In this document: one piece after another, positions 24,610-33,557 of the stretch | Layout of the letters: each line of letters begins with the position of its first letter | How positions within the stretch are numbered: the stretch's first letter is position 1 | Assembly (NCBI RefSeq): GCF_946188615.1 | Contig: NZ_CAMHVK010000002.1 | Span: forward strand, 175,616 to 215,615 | Direction: 5' to 3' | DNA from: Streptococcus mitis | GTDB lineage: Bacteria > Bacillota > Bacilli > Lactobacillales > Streptococcaceae | Length of the DNA: 40,000 bases | Translations under genes and position numbers: made by a program | Notes under the pieces: model-generated | What the model was told of the DNA's origin: nothing | The model's input: the letters and a program-made list of their open reading frames with translations, nothing else | Databases searched by the model: none

Positions 24610-25284
24610 CTAAAATAATTTTATTTGTTTTTCATAATCATTAAGTCTCTGTTGAGCAAGGTTGAAGATGTCTTTGTCAAGCTCGCAACCAACATACTCA
24701 AAACCTAACTCCTGACAAGCAATCAAGCTACTTGCTGAACCGACATGAGTATCAAGAATCTTGTCTCCTTCTTTTGCGTAAGTTTGAAGTAACCAAAGAT
24801 AAAGATTTATCGGTTTTTGTGTCGGATGGATTCTAACCTCATTTAAGGCCTTATTTCCTTGTTGTATATGACCTTCAGAGACTGATTTACCTTGCATCAT
24901 ACCATTCCACATGTAACGAAATAGCCGAGTACTATCATGATAACTGCAGTACGCTATCTCACAATCCGAAAAACTTGATTGACCATTAACTTTATCCCAA
25001 ACGATACGGCCAGAACCAAAAGAATAGTCGAAGTAGTTCACACCCCAAATTATTTGATTTTTTGAAACTCTAAATAACTCATCAAAATAATCTCTATTTG
25101 GAATTTTCCACTCTGATGTTTTACCATACAGTCTATTGACACCAATCGGACTGATTTTTCGACCGTAGTATTCTCTTTTTTCTGGTCCAGAAAAATACGG
25201 TGGGTCTACAATAGCTAAATCAAAATAATTATCAGGATATTTTTTCATGACGTCCATACAATCTTCGTGAAGAAATAATTTCAC
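24610..25284 (-). CDS. DNA methyltransferase (N6-adenine/N4-cytosine, DPPY type), orphan
   Basis: Catalytic DPPY (AIVDPPYF) near the N-terminus. AdoMet motif DTHVGSASS near the C-terminus. No adjacent endonuclease gene. Confidence 0.85.
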   Translation of the reverse strand: MKLFLHEDCMDVMKKYPDNYFDLAIVDPPYFSGPEKREYYGRKISPIGVNRLYGKTSEWKIPNRDYFDELFRVSKNQIIWGVNYFDYSFGSGRIVWDKVNGQSSFSDCEIAYCSYHDSTRLFRYMWNGMMQGKSVSEGHIQQGNKALNEVRIHPTQKPINLYLWLLQTYAKEGDKILDTHVGSASSLIACQELGFEYVGCELDKDIFNLAQQRLNDYEKQIKLF

Positions 25285-25541
25285 AACATCACCTCATCCC
25301 CTACTTTTATTTTATCCCACTGTTCTCTAGTGACTACGAAAATCCCATAATCTCTGATAGTCACTGTATATAGCTTCCCATGTCGTCCTTTCTCGACGAC
25401 TTTACCGAATATCTCAGCGCCTGCGTTGTCAGCCTTATAGATAACCATCGGCTTTTTCTTTTCTAGTTCTGCAATCCTGTCCATCTGCCAGATGTTCAAT
25501 CCAGCAGATAGCAGAATCCAGATAGCTATGAATCGTTTCAA
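25281..25541 (-). CDS. Hypothetical protein with an N-terminal signal/TM segment
   Basis: 86 aa, FIAIWILLSAGLNIW hydrophobic start, 4-nt overlaps on both sides. Confidence 0.55.
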   Translation of the reverse strand: MKRFIAIWILLSAGLNIWQMDRIAELEKKKPMVIYKADNAGAEIFGKVVEKGRHGKLYTVTIRDYGIFVVTREQWDKIKVGDEVML

Positions 25542-25741
25542 TATGTGACCTCCTCTCCATCGTATGGTATGTCTCCATTTGATAAGTACTTAGATTCAAT
25601 CATCAAGAAATCATTGACGCATTGATGACTACAGAAACAATTTTCAACATCGTTAAATAATGCTAGAATAACATGATTCTCTTGCACTACCAGAAACTCG
25701 TCTTCGATTTCTTTACAACAATTCGAACACTCATAACTCAT
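25538..25741 (-). CDS. Small Cys-rich (zinc-binding-like) protein
   Basis: 67 aa with CSNCC ... CFCSHQC. Coupled to its neighbours. Confidence 0.5.
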   Translation of the reverse strand: MSYECSNCCKEIEDEFLVVQENHVILALFNDVENCFCSHQCVNDFLMIESKYLSNGDIPYDGEEVTY

Positions 25742-26280
25742 ACCTCAACCTCCTCAATCTCAATCCCTGGGCAATCGAATACCCAGCCAAAGCCAGCTTC
25801 TTCTAGTTCTTTTTTTGTAAAATAGCCTTTGAATGTTAGAGAAAAAAATATTTTCCCATTTCCATCTTTTACAAGGTAGTGTTTTGTTGCTTTAATCTTG
25901 ACCAAATACTGCTTTTCTTTCTCAATCTCGTAGCCGAATTGGTGCATGTTGACAAGTGTTTGAATAGGATTTTCTCTGCTGTCATTAATCCAATTATTAA
26001 ACTCTCTATTTTCTATTTTTTTAGCCTCATCCCTGAAAGCAATCCAATCCAAAACATTAAATTCAAAAGAATCCTTATTCTTTTCATACCAATCCGCCAC
26101 AAACTGCAGAACTTTGACTTTTTGGGATTTTTTAAAATCAACTTTCGGTAGTTCAATTTTTTGCGGTTCATCAAGTTGATTAATAATTCCTTTGATATAA
26201 CCAAATACACCCCAACCATGTAGTTCCAAAATCATGTCTCTTTGCTCTTCAATTTGTTTTAATGCGTCCTGCTTATTCAT
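25738..26280 (-). CDS. Phage protein, tentatively DUF1642-like
   Basis: 180 aa. Architecture and C-terminal ...FTKKELEEAGFGWVFD...EEVEV resemble streptococcal/lactococcal DUF1642 proteins. Confidence 0.5.
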   Translation of the reverse strand: MNKQDALKQIEEQRDMILELHGWGVFGYIKGIINQLDEPQKIELPKVDFKKSQKVKVLQFVADWYEKNKDSFEFNVLDWIAFRDEAKKIENREFNNWINDSRENPIQTLVNMHQFGYEIEKEKQYLVKIKATKHYLVKDGNGKIFFSLTFKGYFTKKELEEAGFGWVFDCPGIEIEEVEV

Positions 26281-26461
26281 CTTCCAACTCCTCCACTTTC
26301 CGTCTCAATTCTTTATTCTTTTTCCTCAACGAATCGCGCTCCAGCGCTCTAATCCGTCTCTTGCGTGCATCGCACGGCTTCGAATACTCGATTATCTTCT
26401 CTTCGTTTTGCTCGATTGTGCGTTTTAATCCGTCGATTACTGTCTGTTTGTCGTACTTCAA
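26273..26461 (-). CDS. Small basic coiled-coil protein
   Basis: 62-aa ORF overlapping both neighbours. Confidence 0.5.
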   Translation of the reverse strand: MKYDKQTVIDGLKRTIEQNEEKIIEYSKPCDARKRRIRALERDSLRKKNKELRRKVEELEDE

Positions 26462-26688
26462 CTAAACACCTCATCAAATTTCATGACATCTTCATTCCAC
26501 TTGAACGGTTCGTGTGCCAGTCTTGCGAAACCATTCTTATTAACTCCGTTCGGTCTATCCGTGGCATATTTTAAAAATAAGGGTTGCTTACACACATAGC
26601 ATCGAACCGATTTCCAATCTAATCCAACATATCTAACGAAACAGCTTCCGCAAAACGGACACTGTACGTCTGTTCTTAGTTTATTCAT
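26458..26688 (-). CDS. Zinc-ribbon protein
   Basis: CPFCGS...CYVCKQ pairs. ATG at 26688 (MNKLRT) follows GGAGA. The track start at 26712 lacks an RBS. Confidence 0.55.
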   Translation of the reverse strand: MNKLRTDVQCPFCGSCFVRYVGLDWKSVRCYVCKQPLFLKYATDRPNGVNKNGFARLAHEPFKWNEDVMKFDEVFS

Positions 26689-26712
26689 TTTTTCTCCATT
26701 TTTTACAAACAA

Positions 26713-26999
26713 AATTTAATGCAACCGTGCAACCGATAGAAATCAAAAAGTAAAAAGTAAATTTTAAGAATCCTTATTTAATAGGCTTTCTCTTTATATA
26801 CTATTATTAAATATACTTTTTATAAAATATCGGTTGTATCGGTTGCATTATATAAAAATAGTCTAAAAAAACCAGTAGTATCAAGGGGTTAGGGGTGCAA
26901 CCGTTCTTTCAATTTATCGGATACATATCGGATACATGCAACCGTTCTTTTTTTAAAGTGTATCCGATGCAACCGATAGAAATCAGAAACGTATCCGAT
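26713..26999. repeat. Iteron-rich noncoding region: putative phage origin of replication
   Basis: TGCAACCG occurs 5 times directly and once inverted, plus a CGGTTGTA variant. 22-mer TGCAACCGATAGAAATCA(A/G)AAA occurs twice. TGCAACCGTTCTTT occurs twice. ATCGGATAC occurs twice directly and twice inverted. AT-rich core at 26750-26830. Confidence 0.6.
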
Positions 27000-28334
27000 C
27001 TAATTTTGTATAATTCTCTTAAAACCTTTTGTATTTTTTCCACCGATTCGAAACTGCCCCTTTTGCCAATCGGGATGATTGTCCATGATCATATTGATTT
27101 TAGTCGATAGTTTCTTATCATTTGAATTTCTCATAAATAGGTTATACATGATTTCCCGAGTTGAAACTTTCGATAGTTTTTCAGCGCCAGGTTCAAACTC
27201 GCCATTGTTATCAAAATACTTAAAAGTATATTGATGTTGCTGCTGCATGGACCAATTATGCCAATTTCGAGGTACAGGCATATCTAAATATTCAAGTACC
27301 TGTAATTCAACTTCATCACGATACATGAACCGCTCTCGATAGATGTTCAGCTCTTCTTCTGTCTTCTTATCAAACATCAAATCAACACCAGTTTTATAGA
27401 TTGTGACAGCCTCGCCCCAAATCTGCTCAATTGTCTCAGGTTCGATTTCCATCGGATGTTTCTTCTGCTTGCTAGCATCTGCCATCACAGATAAGAACCG
27501 TCGTTCCCCTGTCTTATCCTTAAGGTATTCTTTTTGGTTCGTCGTCCTTGCTAAGATGAAGTTCTTAGCGAACTCTTCGGTACGCTTCATGTAAGGCTTA
27601 CGATAACGTAAGCTTGTTTTTGAGATAAAGGCTTTCGTTTCAGCAAAACTCATGCGATTGCTAGCAACCATTTCATCATCATTGACAATCAACGATTTTA
27701 GCATGATGTCATAATTATCTTTGTTCGCAAAATCAGTCACGGCATCGGTATACCAATCACCACCAAGCTTTTGGAGAAGTGAGGTTTTCCCAACGCCTTG
27801 ACCACCGACTAGGTCTAGAACGTAGTCAAATTTTACGTAAGGATCATAGACTTTAGCAACTGCACCAACTAACCACATTTGAGCGATTTTAGAAATCAAG
27901 GGATTATCATCAGCACCGAGATAGACTTGAAGCATTTGGTTAATACGCTCACGACCGTCCCACCTTCCTTCTGCTCGTTCCATGTATTCTAGAACCGGAT
28001 TGTAGCTTCTTTCTGAGAAGAAAGTCTCCATACCATCCAGCATGGCTTGATTGGTAAAAGCTACGCCCAAAACACTTTCAAAATAAACTTTTATAACTGA
28101 GTCAAAATTTGAAGGCAATTCCCCTTTTTTGAAAAGGGTGTTGCCTATTTTGATATCCTTAAGGAGTTCATGTTCTTGTGAAAATTCATTGTGCTTTAAA
28201 TAAATGCTTAGTTGATCATCCGCCTTAAAGGAAAGTAGCACATTATTGGGGCTGTTCGATTTAATCGCACCTTTATCTGTTAGTATCATCTTGTCTTGTG
28301 AATTAATACTTACAACATTACCAATTGCTCTCAC
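27000..28334 (-). CDS. VirE-like (virulence-associated protein E family) P-loop primase-helicase accessory protein
   Basis: 444 aa. Walker A GGQGVGKT. Follows the PrimPol gene. Start uncertain (GTG 28334 sits inside the SD; ATG 28289 is the alternative). Confidence 0.75.
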   Translation of the reverse strand: MRAIGNVVSINSQDKMILTDKGAIKSNSPNNVLLSFKADDQLSIYLKHNEFSQEHELLKDIKIGNTLFKKGELPSNFDSVIKVYFESVLGVAFTNQAMLDGMETFFSERSYNPVLEYMERAEGRWDGRERINQMLQVYLGADDNPLISKIAQMWLVGAVAKVYDPYVKFDYVLDLVGGQGVGKTSLLQKLGGDWYTDAVTDFANKDNYDIMLKSLIVNDDEMVASNRMSFAETKAFISKTSLRYRKPYMKRTEEFAKNFILARTTNQKEYLKDKTGERRFLSVMADASKQKKHPMEIEPETIEQIWGEAVTIYKTGVDLMFDKKTEEELNIYRERFMYRDEVELQVLEYLDMPVPRNWHNWSMQQQHQYTFKYFDNNGEFEPGAEKLSKVSTREIMYNLFMRNSNDKKLSTKINMIMDNHPDWQKGQFRIGGKNTKGFKRIIQN

Positions 28335-29152
28335 CTCCTGTCTTTCTTAATCATACTTTCAATCGTTCGCATCATTTCTTTGTCAGGCAAAGGATTTGGA
28401 CTATTGACATTCGCTAATCTAGCCAACTGGACAACAACTTCATCATCAACTGCTCTAAACAAGAGACCGCCAACGAATTTGGCTAGTTTGTCATTTCGTC
28501 CACCCTCATCACCAAAACCAAGGGCTATGGTTTCGAAGAGTTCGGTTGTTTGTGTCTTCTCTCTGGTTTGGGACCGTCTAGCTAAATCCCTAAGACCGTC
28601 TTTTCCATCGTATCTATAGCCGTGAGTTTCACCGTATTGTTTCTTAATCGCTTGGATTAAATCTCTGGAAGGAGTGACGATTGTCCCACCTTCCTTTGAT
28701 TTTTCTAAATCCCACTCATACTGGCCTTTCTCGGTAGCAGAAGGAGCGACTAAGACATAGTTATTCTCATGAGCCTTGATATCGACACCAGGCAGGAATT
28801 TAATCATTTGAGTAATCGGCTCATCGTCCCGCTTAAAGTAGAAAAGATGCTTACCACCACTAGCAGTTTTGGCTTGTAGCGTCGGTTCGATTAAATCCAG
28901 ATGTTTCCATTTCTTCAACGACTCAAAGCCGTTCTCTTTTCCATGCTTGTCAATATCAACCACAAAGAAATTGGTTGTCCTTAAAGCAATATTGGCATTC
29001 GGAAAGCCGTCCCAAAAGGTTTCAATTTCGCTTGCAGTCATAGCAGGTTTATCAGCAAATTCAATCAATGGCATCTTATTTCTAGGATTGATTGGGATAA
29101 CTGAGAAGCCTAATTTTTGATACTGCAAAGCGCATTCTTTCATTGACGGCAT
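28331..29152 (-). CDS. Bifunctional DNA primase/polymerase (PrimPol)
   Basis: 273 aa. N-terminal LGFSVIPINPRNKMPL and VVDIDKH acidic motif are typical of the Prim-Pol domain. Confidence 0.75.
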   Translation of the reverse strand: MPSMKECALQYQKLGFSVIPINPRNKMPLIEFADKPAMTASEIETFWDGFPNANIALRTTNFFVVDIDKHGKENGFESLKKWKHLDLIEPTLQAKTASGGKHLFYFKRDDEPITQMIKFLPGVDIKAHENNYVLVAPSATEKGQYEWDLEKSKEGGTIVTPSRDLIQAIKKQYGETHGYRYDGKDGLRDLARRSQTREKTQTTELFETIALGFGDEGGRNDKLAKFVGGLLFRAVDDEVVVQLARLANVNSPNPLPDKEMMRTIESMIKKDRR

Positions 29153-29167
29153 ATCTTAACTCCTTAC

Positions 29168-29677
29168 TTAGAATGGCAAACCATCATCCTCGATTTCTTC
29201 TACATTTGCAGGCTGCATGGTATCTTCTTCAAGGTCATAGCTACGGAACTCACGACCATCTTTACCTTTAGTTACGGTGATAATCAGATTATAATAAGAA
29301 CCAACCGCTTTACGTTGAAGCGCCTCTTCCATGCTCTTCCCGTCTACGAAATCATCGGTCATAACCTGGTCACCACTTAATACAATTGTTTTTTGGAAGA
29401 ATTTAATAGTACGTTGTACTGCCCATTCAAGACTTTTACCTTTCCACTCTGTCAAAGTCCCGAATGTGGCAAATTCAGAACGCCCGATGTGGTCTCCGCC
29501 TCGAATTTCGAACTGATAACCCAAATTCTCCCAACCGCTATCTGCCACGTTGAAGGTTGCTTTTTTCAATACTACTGGATAAGTTCCAGCCGGAATAGGA
29601 TCAGGTCCATTTGCGCTGTCCTTGCGTGGGTCGAAACCTTCTTTTTTGATTGATTTTGCGATATCTAATAAACTCAT
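29168..29677 (-). CDS. DUF669-like single-strand DNA-binding-type protein
   Basis: 169 aa, located between the AAA_24 and PrimPol genes. Acidic C-terminal tip EIEDDGLPF resembles the SSB tail DDDIPF. Confidence 0.65.
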   Translation of the reverse strand: MSLLDIAKSIKKEGFDPRKDSANGPDPIPAGTYPVVLKKATFNVADSGWENLGYQFEIRGGDHIGRSEFATFGTLTEWKGKSLEWAVQRTIKFFQKTIVLSGDQVMTDDFVDGKSMEEALQRKAVGSYYNLIITVTKGKDGREFRSYDLEEDTMQPANVEEIEDDGLPF

Positions 29678-29696
29678 TTTGTTTCTCCTTTAATTC

Positions 29697-30494
29697 TTAA
29701 AATAATTCTTTAACTGCTGTATCTTCATCTTTCTCTACTTTAGCAGTCGATTCAATTTTTGGTGCTTCTGTTTTCTTAACTCGTGCAGGTTCAACTGCAC
29801 CACGGATAGTTGTCAAGATTTTTAAAATCTCTTTATCATCGACTTGGTCTGCATAGTAAGTCTTACGTTTGCGGTCAACCTCACGGTTATAATTGCGACC
29901 GATTTTTTCAGTATGGATCATCAAGTCCGAATTACCGTTGATAAGGTTGACGTACTTATCTTTCAAACTTGGCTTATCTTTAGTTGCGTTTCCGTTGTCA
30001 TCATATTCTGAAATCTGACGGCTGATATAAATCACGTTCATCGGTAAGGCTTTCAAATCAATAACCAACTCAGTGACTGCTTGATTAAAGAAATCATACC
30101 CTTTGCCGTACGGAACTTCTGACAAGGATTTCAACCTTGGTTTACCAGCTGGTGTCAATTCGTCACAAACTGCAATCTTAATCATTTCAATCACATCATC
30201 GATAACATCGACAACGACTGTTTCGTAAGAATGTTTTTGAGTTTGAAGAGCCAAAAGGATTTCTCCCAATTGCTTAATGACTGAGTTCGTGATTTTTCCA
30301 GTTTGGTCTTTTTCATTTACTAACTGAATACTTGGTACACTATTTGCTTCAGCATTTCCGTCCGTATTCAAAATGATTGGATTCGGAAACTCATTTGCTA
30401 AATAGGACTTGCCACTCATGGTTTCGCCATAAATGAAATAGTTTCGAGGTGTGTCCCGTGGGACTCGAGGTTTGTTTTCTGGTAATTTAAACAA
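29697..30494 (-). CDS. AAA_24 / Sak4-like RecA-fold ATPase
   Basis: 265 aa. Walker A GETMSGKS. TTG start 8 nt after AAGGAG. Typical partner of DUF669 and the helicase. Confidence 0.7.
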   Translation of the reverse strand: MFKLPENKPRVPRDTPRNYFIYGETMSGKSYLANEFPNPIILNTDGNAEANSVPSIQLVNEKDQTGKITNSVIKQLGEILLALQTQKHSYETVVVDVIDDVIEMIKIAVCDELTPAGKPRLKSLSEVPYGKGYDFFNQAVTELVIDLKALPMNVIYISRQISEYDDNGNATKDKPSLKDKYVNLINGNSDLMIHTEKIGRNYNREVDRKRKTYYADQVDDKEILKILTTIRGAVEPARVKKTEAPKIESTAKVEKDEDTAVKELF

Positions 30495-30497
30495 AAT

Positions 30498-31691
30498 TTA
30501 TACTCCTTTAAAATAAAATTCAATTACATTTACATCATGCTGCTGACGGCTTCCTGTTATCCGCCAAAGCAATTGCCGATAGTCATCATACTCTCCAGAA
30601 CCTTCTTCGACAGGATCCAGAACAACAATAGTTTGGTATTTGTGTTGCAAGCCGTCTACTCCAACACCCAACACTTGACTGGTAGCAACGACCACTTGAT
30701 TATCAAGTCTTTCTTGAATATCGCCTGTCCAAATTCCAACATCCGGATGGCGCTCACGAATAACATTCACAATCTGCTTAGACTTGCTGACAATCAGCAT
30801 ATCGTGTGGCGCTCGTTCAATTAGTCCATCTAATTTTAATAGTAGTGGTGTATCAGCGTTGACCGGCTTTAGTTTTGGAAAGTCAACAACAACACCCGTT
30901 TGGTTTAAGTAGCGTTCAAAAGTCAACCGTCCAAATGATTGCTTGGCCATTGCCGTATCATTTCCAACTGTTACTAAATTCAACTTTCTAAACTTGGAAA
31001 GCTTCTCGGGATTTCCTGGTTCGACTGTCACGGGATAAAACTTTGTTTCAAAGCCGTTATTCTCAACTGCATTTTCGATTTCTTCGATTTCTTCCCAGCG
31101 GAAGAAGTTAGGCAAGTTCGAGATATAACTTTCATAATTCCTAAAATCTTCCCACTTCTCTTTTGAATAGCTGAATGGATCATAGACCATTTTCCCATGA
31201 ATCTTTTGCCAATCAAATTTATTATTGGGGGTCGCCCAACCAAACACTGTCTTTTCAAGTGGGTAGAAATTTTGTCCTTTTTTCCGGATTGGCGTTGCTG
31301 AAAGACCTATCGTGTATTTCCGCTTTATTTTGCGATACAAGGCCACTTGTTTATCGGACGACATATTCTGCCACTCATCTATTATCAGTACGTCACAGGC
31401 TAATTTATGCCCCTTCTTGAGCTGATTTTGAAGATACCTGTCTGTTTGAATGACAACTTCAACATCTTCATCAAAATTCATAAATTTAACGGCATCAACC
31501 CAACCATTTAAGATTGCCAATCTATTGTTTGTGATAATGATTTTTTTAGCTTTCTTATGCTTGGCGATAGCAAGCGCACAGATAGTTTTGCCTCTGCCCC
31601 CTAAAGCCTCAAGAAAAATTCCATTTGATAAATGTTCACTTCTCTTTACTGCTTCAGCTTGCCACTTTCTTAACTTTATCGTGATACTCAC
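30498..31691 (-). CDS. DEAD/DEAH-box (SF2) helicase
   Basis: 397 aa. Walker A GGRGKT. Motif II VLIIDEWQN. Motif III GLSATP. Confidence 0.8.
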   Translation of the reverse strand: MSITIKLRKWQAEAVKRSEHLSNGIFLEALGGRGKTICALAIAKHKKAKKIIITNNRLAILNGWVDAVKFMNFDEDVEVVIQTDRYLQNQLKKGHKLACDVLIIDEWQNMSSDKQVALYRKIKRKYTIGLSATPIRKKGQNFYPLEKTVFGWATPNNKFDWQKIHGKMVYDPFSYSKEKWEDFRNYESYISNLPNFFRWEEIEEIENAVENNGFETKFYPVTVEPGNPEKLSKFRKLNLVTVGNDTAMAKQSFGRLTFERYLNQTGVVVDFPKLKPVNADTPLLLKLDGLIERAPHDMLIVSKSKQIVNVIRERHPDVGIWTGDIQERLDNQVVVATSQVLGVGVDGLQHKYQTIVVLDPVEEGSGEYDDYRQLLWRITGSRQQHDVNVIEFYFKGV

Positions 31692-32142
31692 TCACCACCT
31701 TTCCGATGTCTTGGATAACTTCTTCAATATCGTTTCTCATTGCCCAGAACAATCCGAGTCTTGCTGCTGCTCGAATGTCTTGATGATGGCTTTTCTCAAA
31801 CTTCCAAAGACCCAAGATTTTCAAAAGGTCGTCTGGAATATCTGACTTATAGCCTGCATTGAATTGAAGAATAGCATCTGGATAACAAAGCTGGATATAA
31901 GCGATAGTTTCTGCCACGCTATTGTCCTTTGACTTATCGTTGTCTCGTGCTCTAAATTCTTCAACAATCACTACATCGAACTCCAGGCTAGTTCCAATTT
32001 CATGGAACCAATCGGCAAAACCTCGCATACCATAAGAAACTGCCCAACTATCGACTAATCTCGCATTGTCTAATAAGACAATCCCTGTTGTTGAAGTTTC
32101 AATTTTATTGCTACTTGGGTCAATAGCTAAAATTTTCATCAA
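31654..32142 (-). CDS. RuvC-like Holliday junction resolvase
   Basis: 162 aa. ILAIDPSS (Asp), VVIVEEF (Glu), and HHQDIRAAARLG (His/Asp) in RuvC order. Confidence 0.6.
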   Translation of the reverse strand: MMKILAIDPSSNKIETSTTGIVLLDNARLVDSWAVSYGMRGFADWFHEIGTSLEFDVVIVEEFRARDNDKSKDNSVAETIAYIQLCYPDAILQFNAGYKSDIPDDLLKILGLWKFEKSHHQDIRAAARLGLFWAMRNDIEEVIQDIGKVVSEYHDKVKKVAS

Positions 32143-32498
32143 ACACCAACTTTCTCAGTCAGCACTCCTGGATAAAGGGCAGTGTTAAACCAATTTTGTT
32201 TATTTGCTTTTGCAAAAGCAAATAGTGATCTAACTTCTTTTGCTTGCTTCTCGAATTTTCGAATATCTTCTTCCGATTCAAAGATAGGTTTTTCTTTGTA
32301 TTTAGCGACTGTGACCAGCTTGTACTCTGGAGTGAATACTGGCTTTTCATTTCCTTGATCAAGATTCGTTTCGTCTACTTTCACAAAACGAATCGCAACA
32401 TCGAATAGAAATCCTTCTGTAACAAGTACTTCAATTGATTTTGGTCCAATCACAACTGCTAGCGAATCTGTTGCTCGTGTTTTGTTTACCAATTCCAT
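32139..32498 (-). CDS. Hypothetical phage protein
   Basis: 119-aa ORF, 4-nt and 1-nt overlaps with its neighbours. Confidence 0.55.
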   Translation of the reverse strand: MELVNKTRATDSLAVVIGPKSIEVLVTEGFLFDVAIRFVKVDETNLDQGNEKPVFTPEYKLVTVAKYKEKPIFESEEDIRKFEKQAKEVRSLFAFAKANKQNWFNTALYPGVLTEKVGV

Positions 32499-32977
32499 TA
32501 CTTAATCCTCAAACTTCTACTTTCTTGCAAGGTAGCACCCTTGACCTTCTTACCTGCATTCAGCAATTCCTTGATAGCTGTCTTATCCGGAGTTAGTTTC
32601 TGCACAAAATATTTCTTAGGTAGCAATTCCTCATCAATAACTACAGATGGTTGATTTTTACCCATGTAAACAGTAAAAAGTAAACCCTTAACTTTTTCAT
32701 GCCCTGTAATTTCAAATGCTTCTTGCATGCTTTTTTTAAGCCATACAACATCATTATCTAATGATTTATAACGAGCAGTCAGACGATCAATTTCTTCTTT
32801 GATTAGCTTTTTGCTAGCTTCTTTATTCTTGATAACCTTAGCAGTATTTTCGACCTTTTCTTCAAACTGCTCAGTCCAATCAATTGATTCTAGTGTGTCA
32901 GCTTTTGTTTCTTCGTCTAACCCTTCCGTATCATTTATCCGTTTAAAGGTTCCTGTTAGTTCATAAAGTGTTGCCAT
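32498..32977 (-). CDS. Siphovirus Gp157-family protein
   Basis: 159 aa. MATLYELTG start and a coiled-coil body are typical of Sipho_Gp157 proteins of streptococcal phages. Confidence 0.7.
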   Translation of the reverse strand: MATLYELTGTFKRINDTEGLDEETKADTLESIDWTEQFEEKVENTAKVIKNKEASKKLIKEEIDRLTARYKSLDNDVVWLKKSMQEAFEITGHEKVKGLLFTVYMGKNQPSVVIDEELLPKKYFVQKLTPDKTAIKELLNAGKKVKGATLQESRSLRIK

Positions 32978-33318
32978 TATTTCGTTACCTCTTTCATTAA
33001 TTTATTAGCTTCTTTGATCAGCAAACGCATAACGTTGCTATCTGTTTCTTTCTCTGCTGCCCTCGTAAGCATATCAACCCACTCACGTCTAGTGTCATTC
33101 TTCCAATCAACTAGTTCGATGAGTTCTTCTGTTTTACTAAAGTAAGGTGAGTAGTCTAAAGACTTATCTTCCAAGCGGACGCATCTACCTGCCTTCATAT
33201 CTTTAGACACATTCGCTCTCACAATACTATTCGTTGTGTTGATAGCCTCAGCCACTTCATCGTATGAGGCATCGGGTTTATTTTTAAAATATTCCCTAAT
33301 TCGTTCCGCTTGAGTCAT
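32977..33318 (-). CDS. Hypothetical protein, possible winged-helix DNA-binding protein
   Basis: 113-aa ORF. SYDEVAEAINTTNSIVRANVSKD looks HTH-like. Confidence 0.5.
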   Translation of the reverse strand: MTQAERIREYFKNKPDASYDEVAEAINTTNSIVRANVSKDMKAGRCVRLEDKSLDYSPYFSKTEELIELVDWKNDTRREWVDMLTRAAEKETDSNVMRLLIKEANKLMKEVTK

Positions 33319-33329
33319 TTCTTCTCTCC

Positions 33330-33557
33330 TTACACGTTCATGTTCACATTTGAACTCGCATCTTCAACCAATGCCTTCAAATCGTTTTGGTATTTATCAA
33401 TCAGTTGTCTGTTGTTGTTTACGAAATTAGCAACAACCTGTCCAAGAAATTCTTGAGTTGGAATTCCTTTTATATCAGCCAGTAACTTTACAAACTCTTT
33501 CTGTTCCTCAGTCACTTCTGCTCTGAGAAATGACTTTCCTTTATGATGTAAATCCAT
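33330..33557 (-). CDS. Hypothetical small protein
   Basis: 75-aa ORF. ATG overlaps the stop of the upstream zinc-ribbon ORF (TGATG). Confidence 0.55.
   Translation of the reverse strand: MDLHHKGKSFLRAEVTEEQKEFVKLLADIKGIPTQEFLGQVVANFVNNNRQLIDKYQNDLKALVEDASSNVNMNV

Noticed and set aside
26713-26999. Could the repeat block be a small CRISPR array?
   Set aside because: The repeats are 8-22 bp, occur in both orientations and are irregularly spaced and partly tandem. There are no unique spacers of uniform length and no cas genes. An iteron/ori architecture fits better.
26895-27110. Plus-strand 71-aa track ORF spanning the repeat block and the VirE gene end
   Set aside because: It starts inside the iterons, has no RBS and overlaps the VirE-like CDS on the opposite strand. 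It is an artefact of repeat sequence.
8753-31845. Long plus-strand track ORFs opposite structural and replication genes (e.g. 8753..9118, 14384..14861, 20214..20888, 31450..31845, 39309..39758)
   Set aside because: They are antisense to well-supported minus-strand CDSs (tape measure, capsid, terL, helicase, rplJ). They have no start-site signals and their composition is typical of antisense frames.
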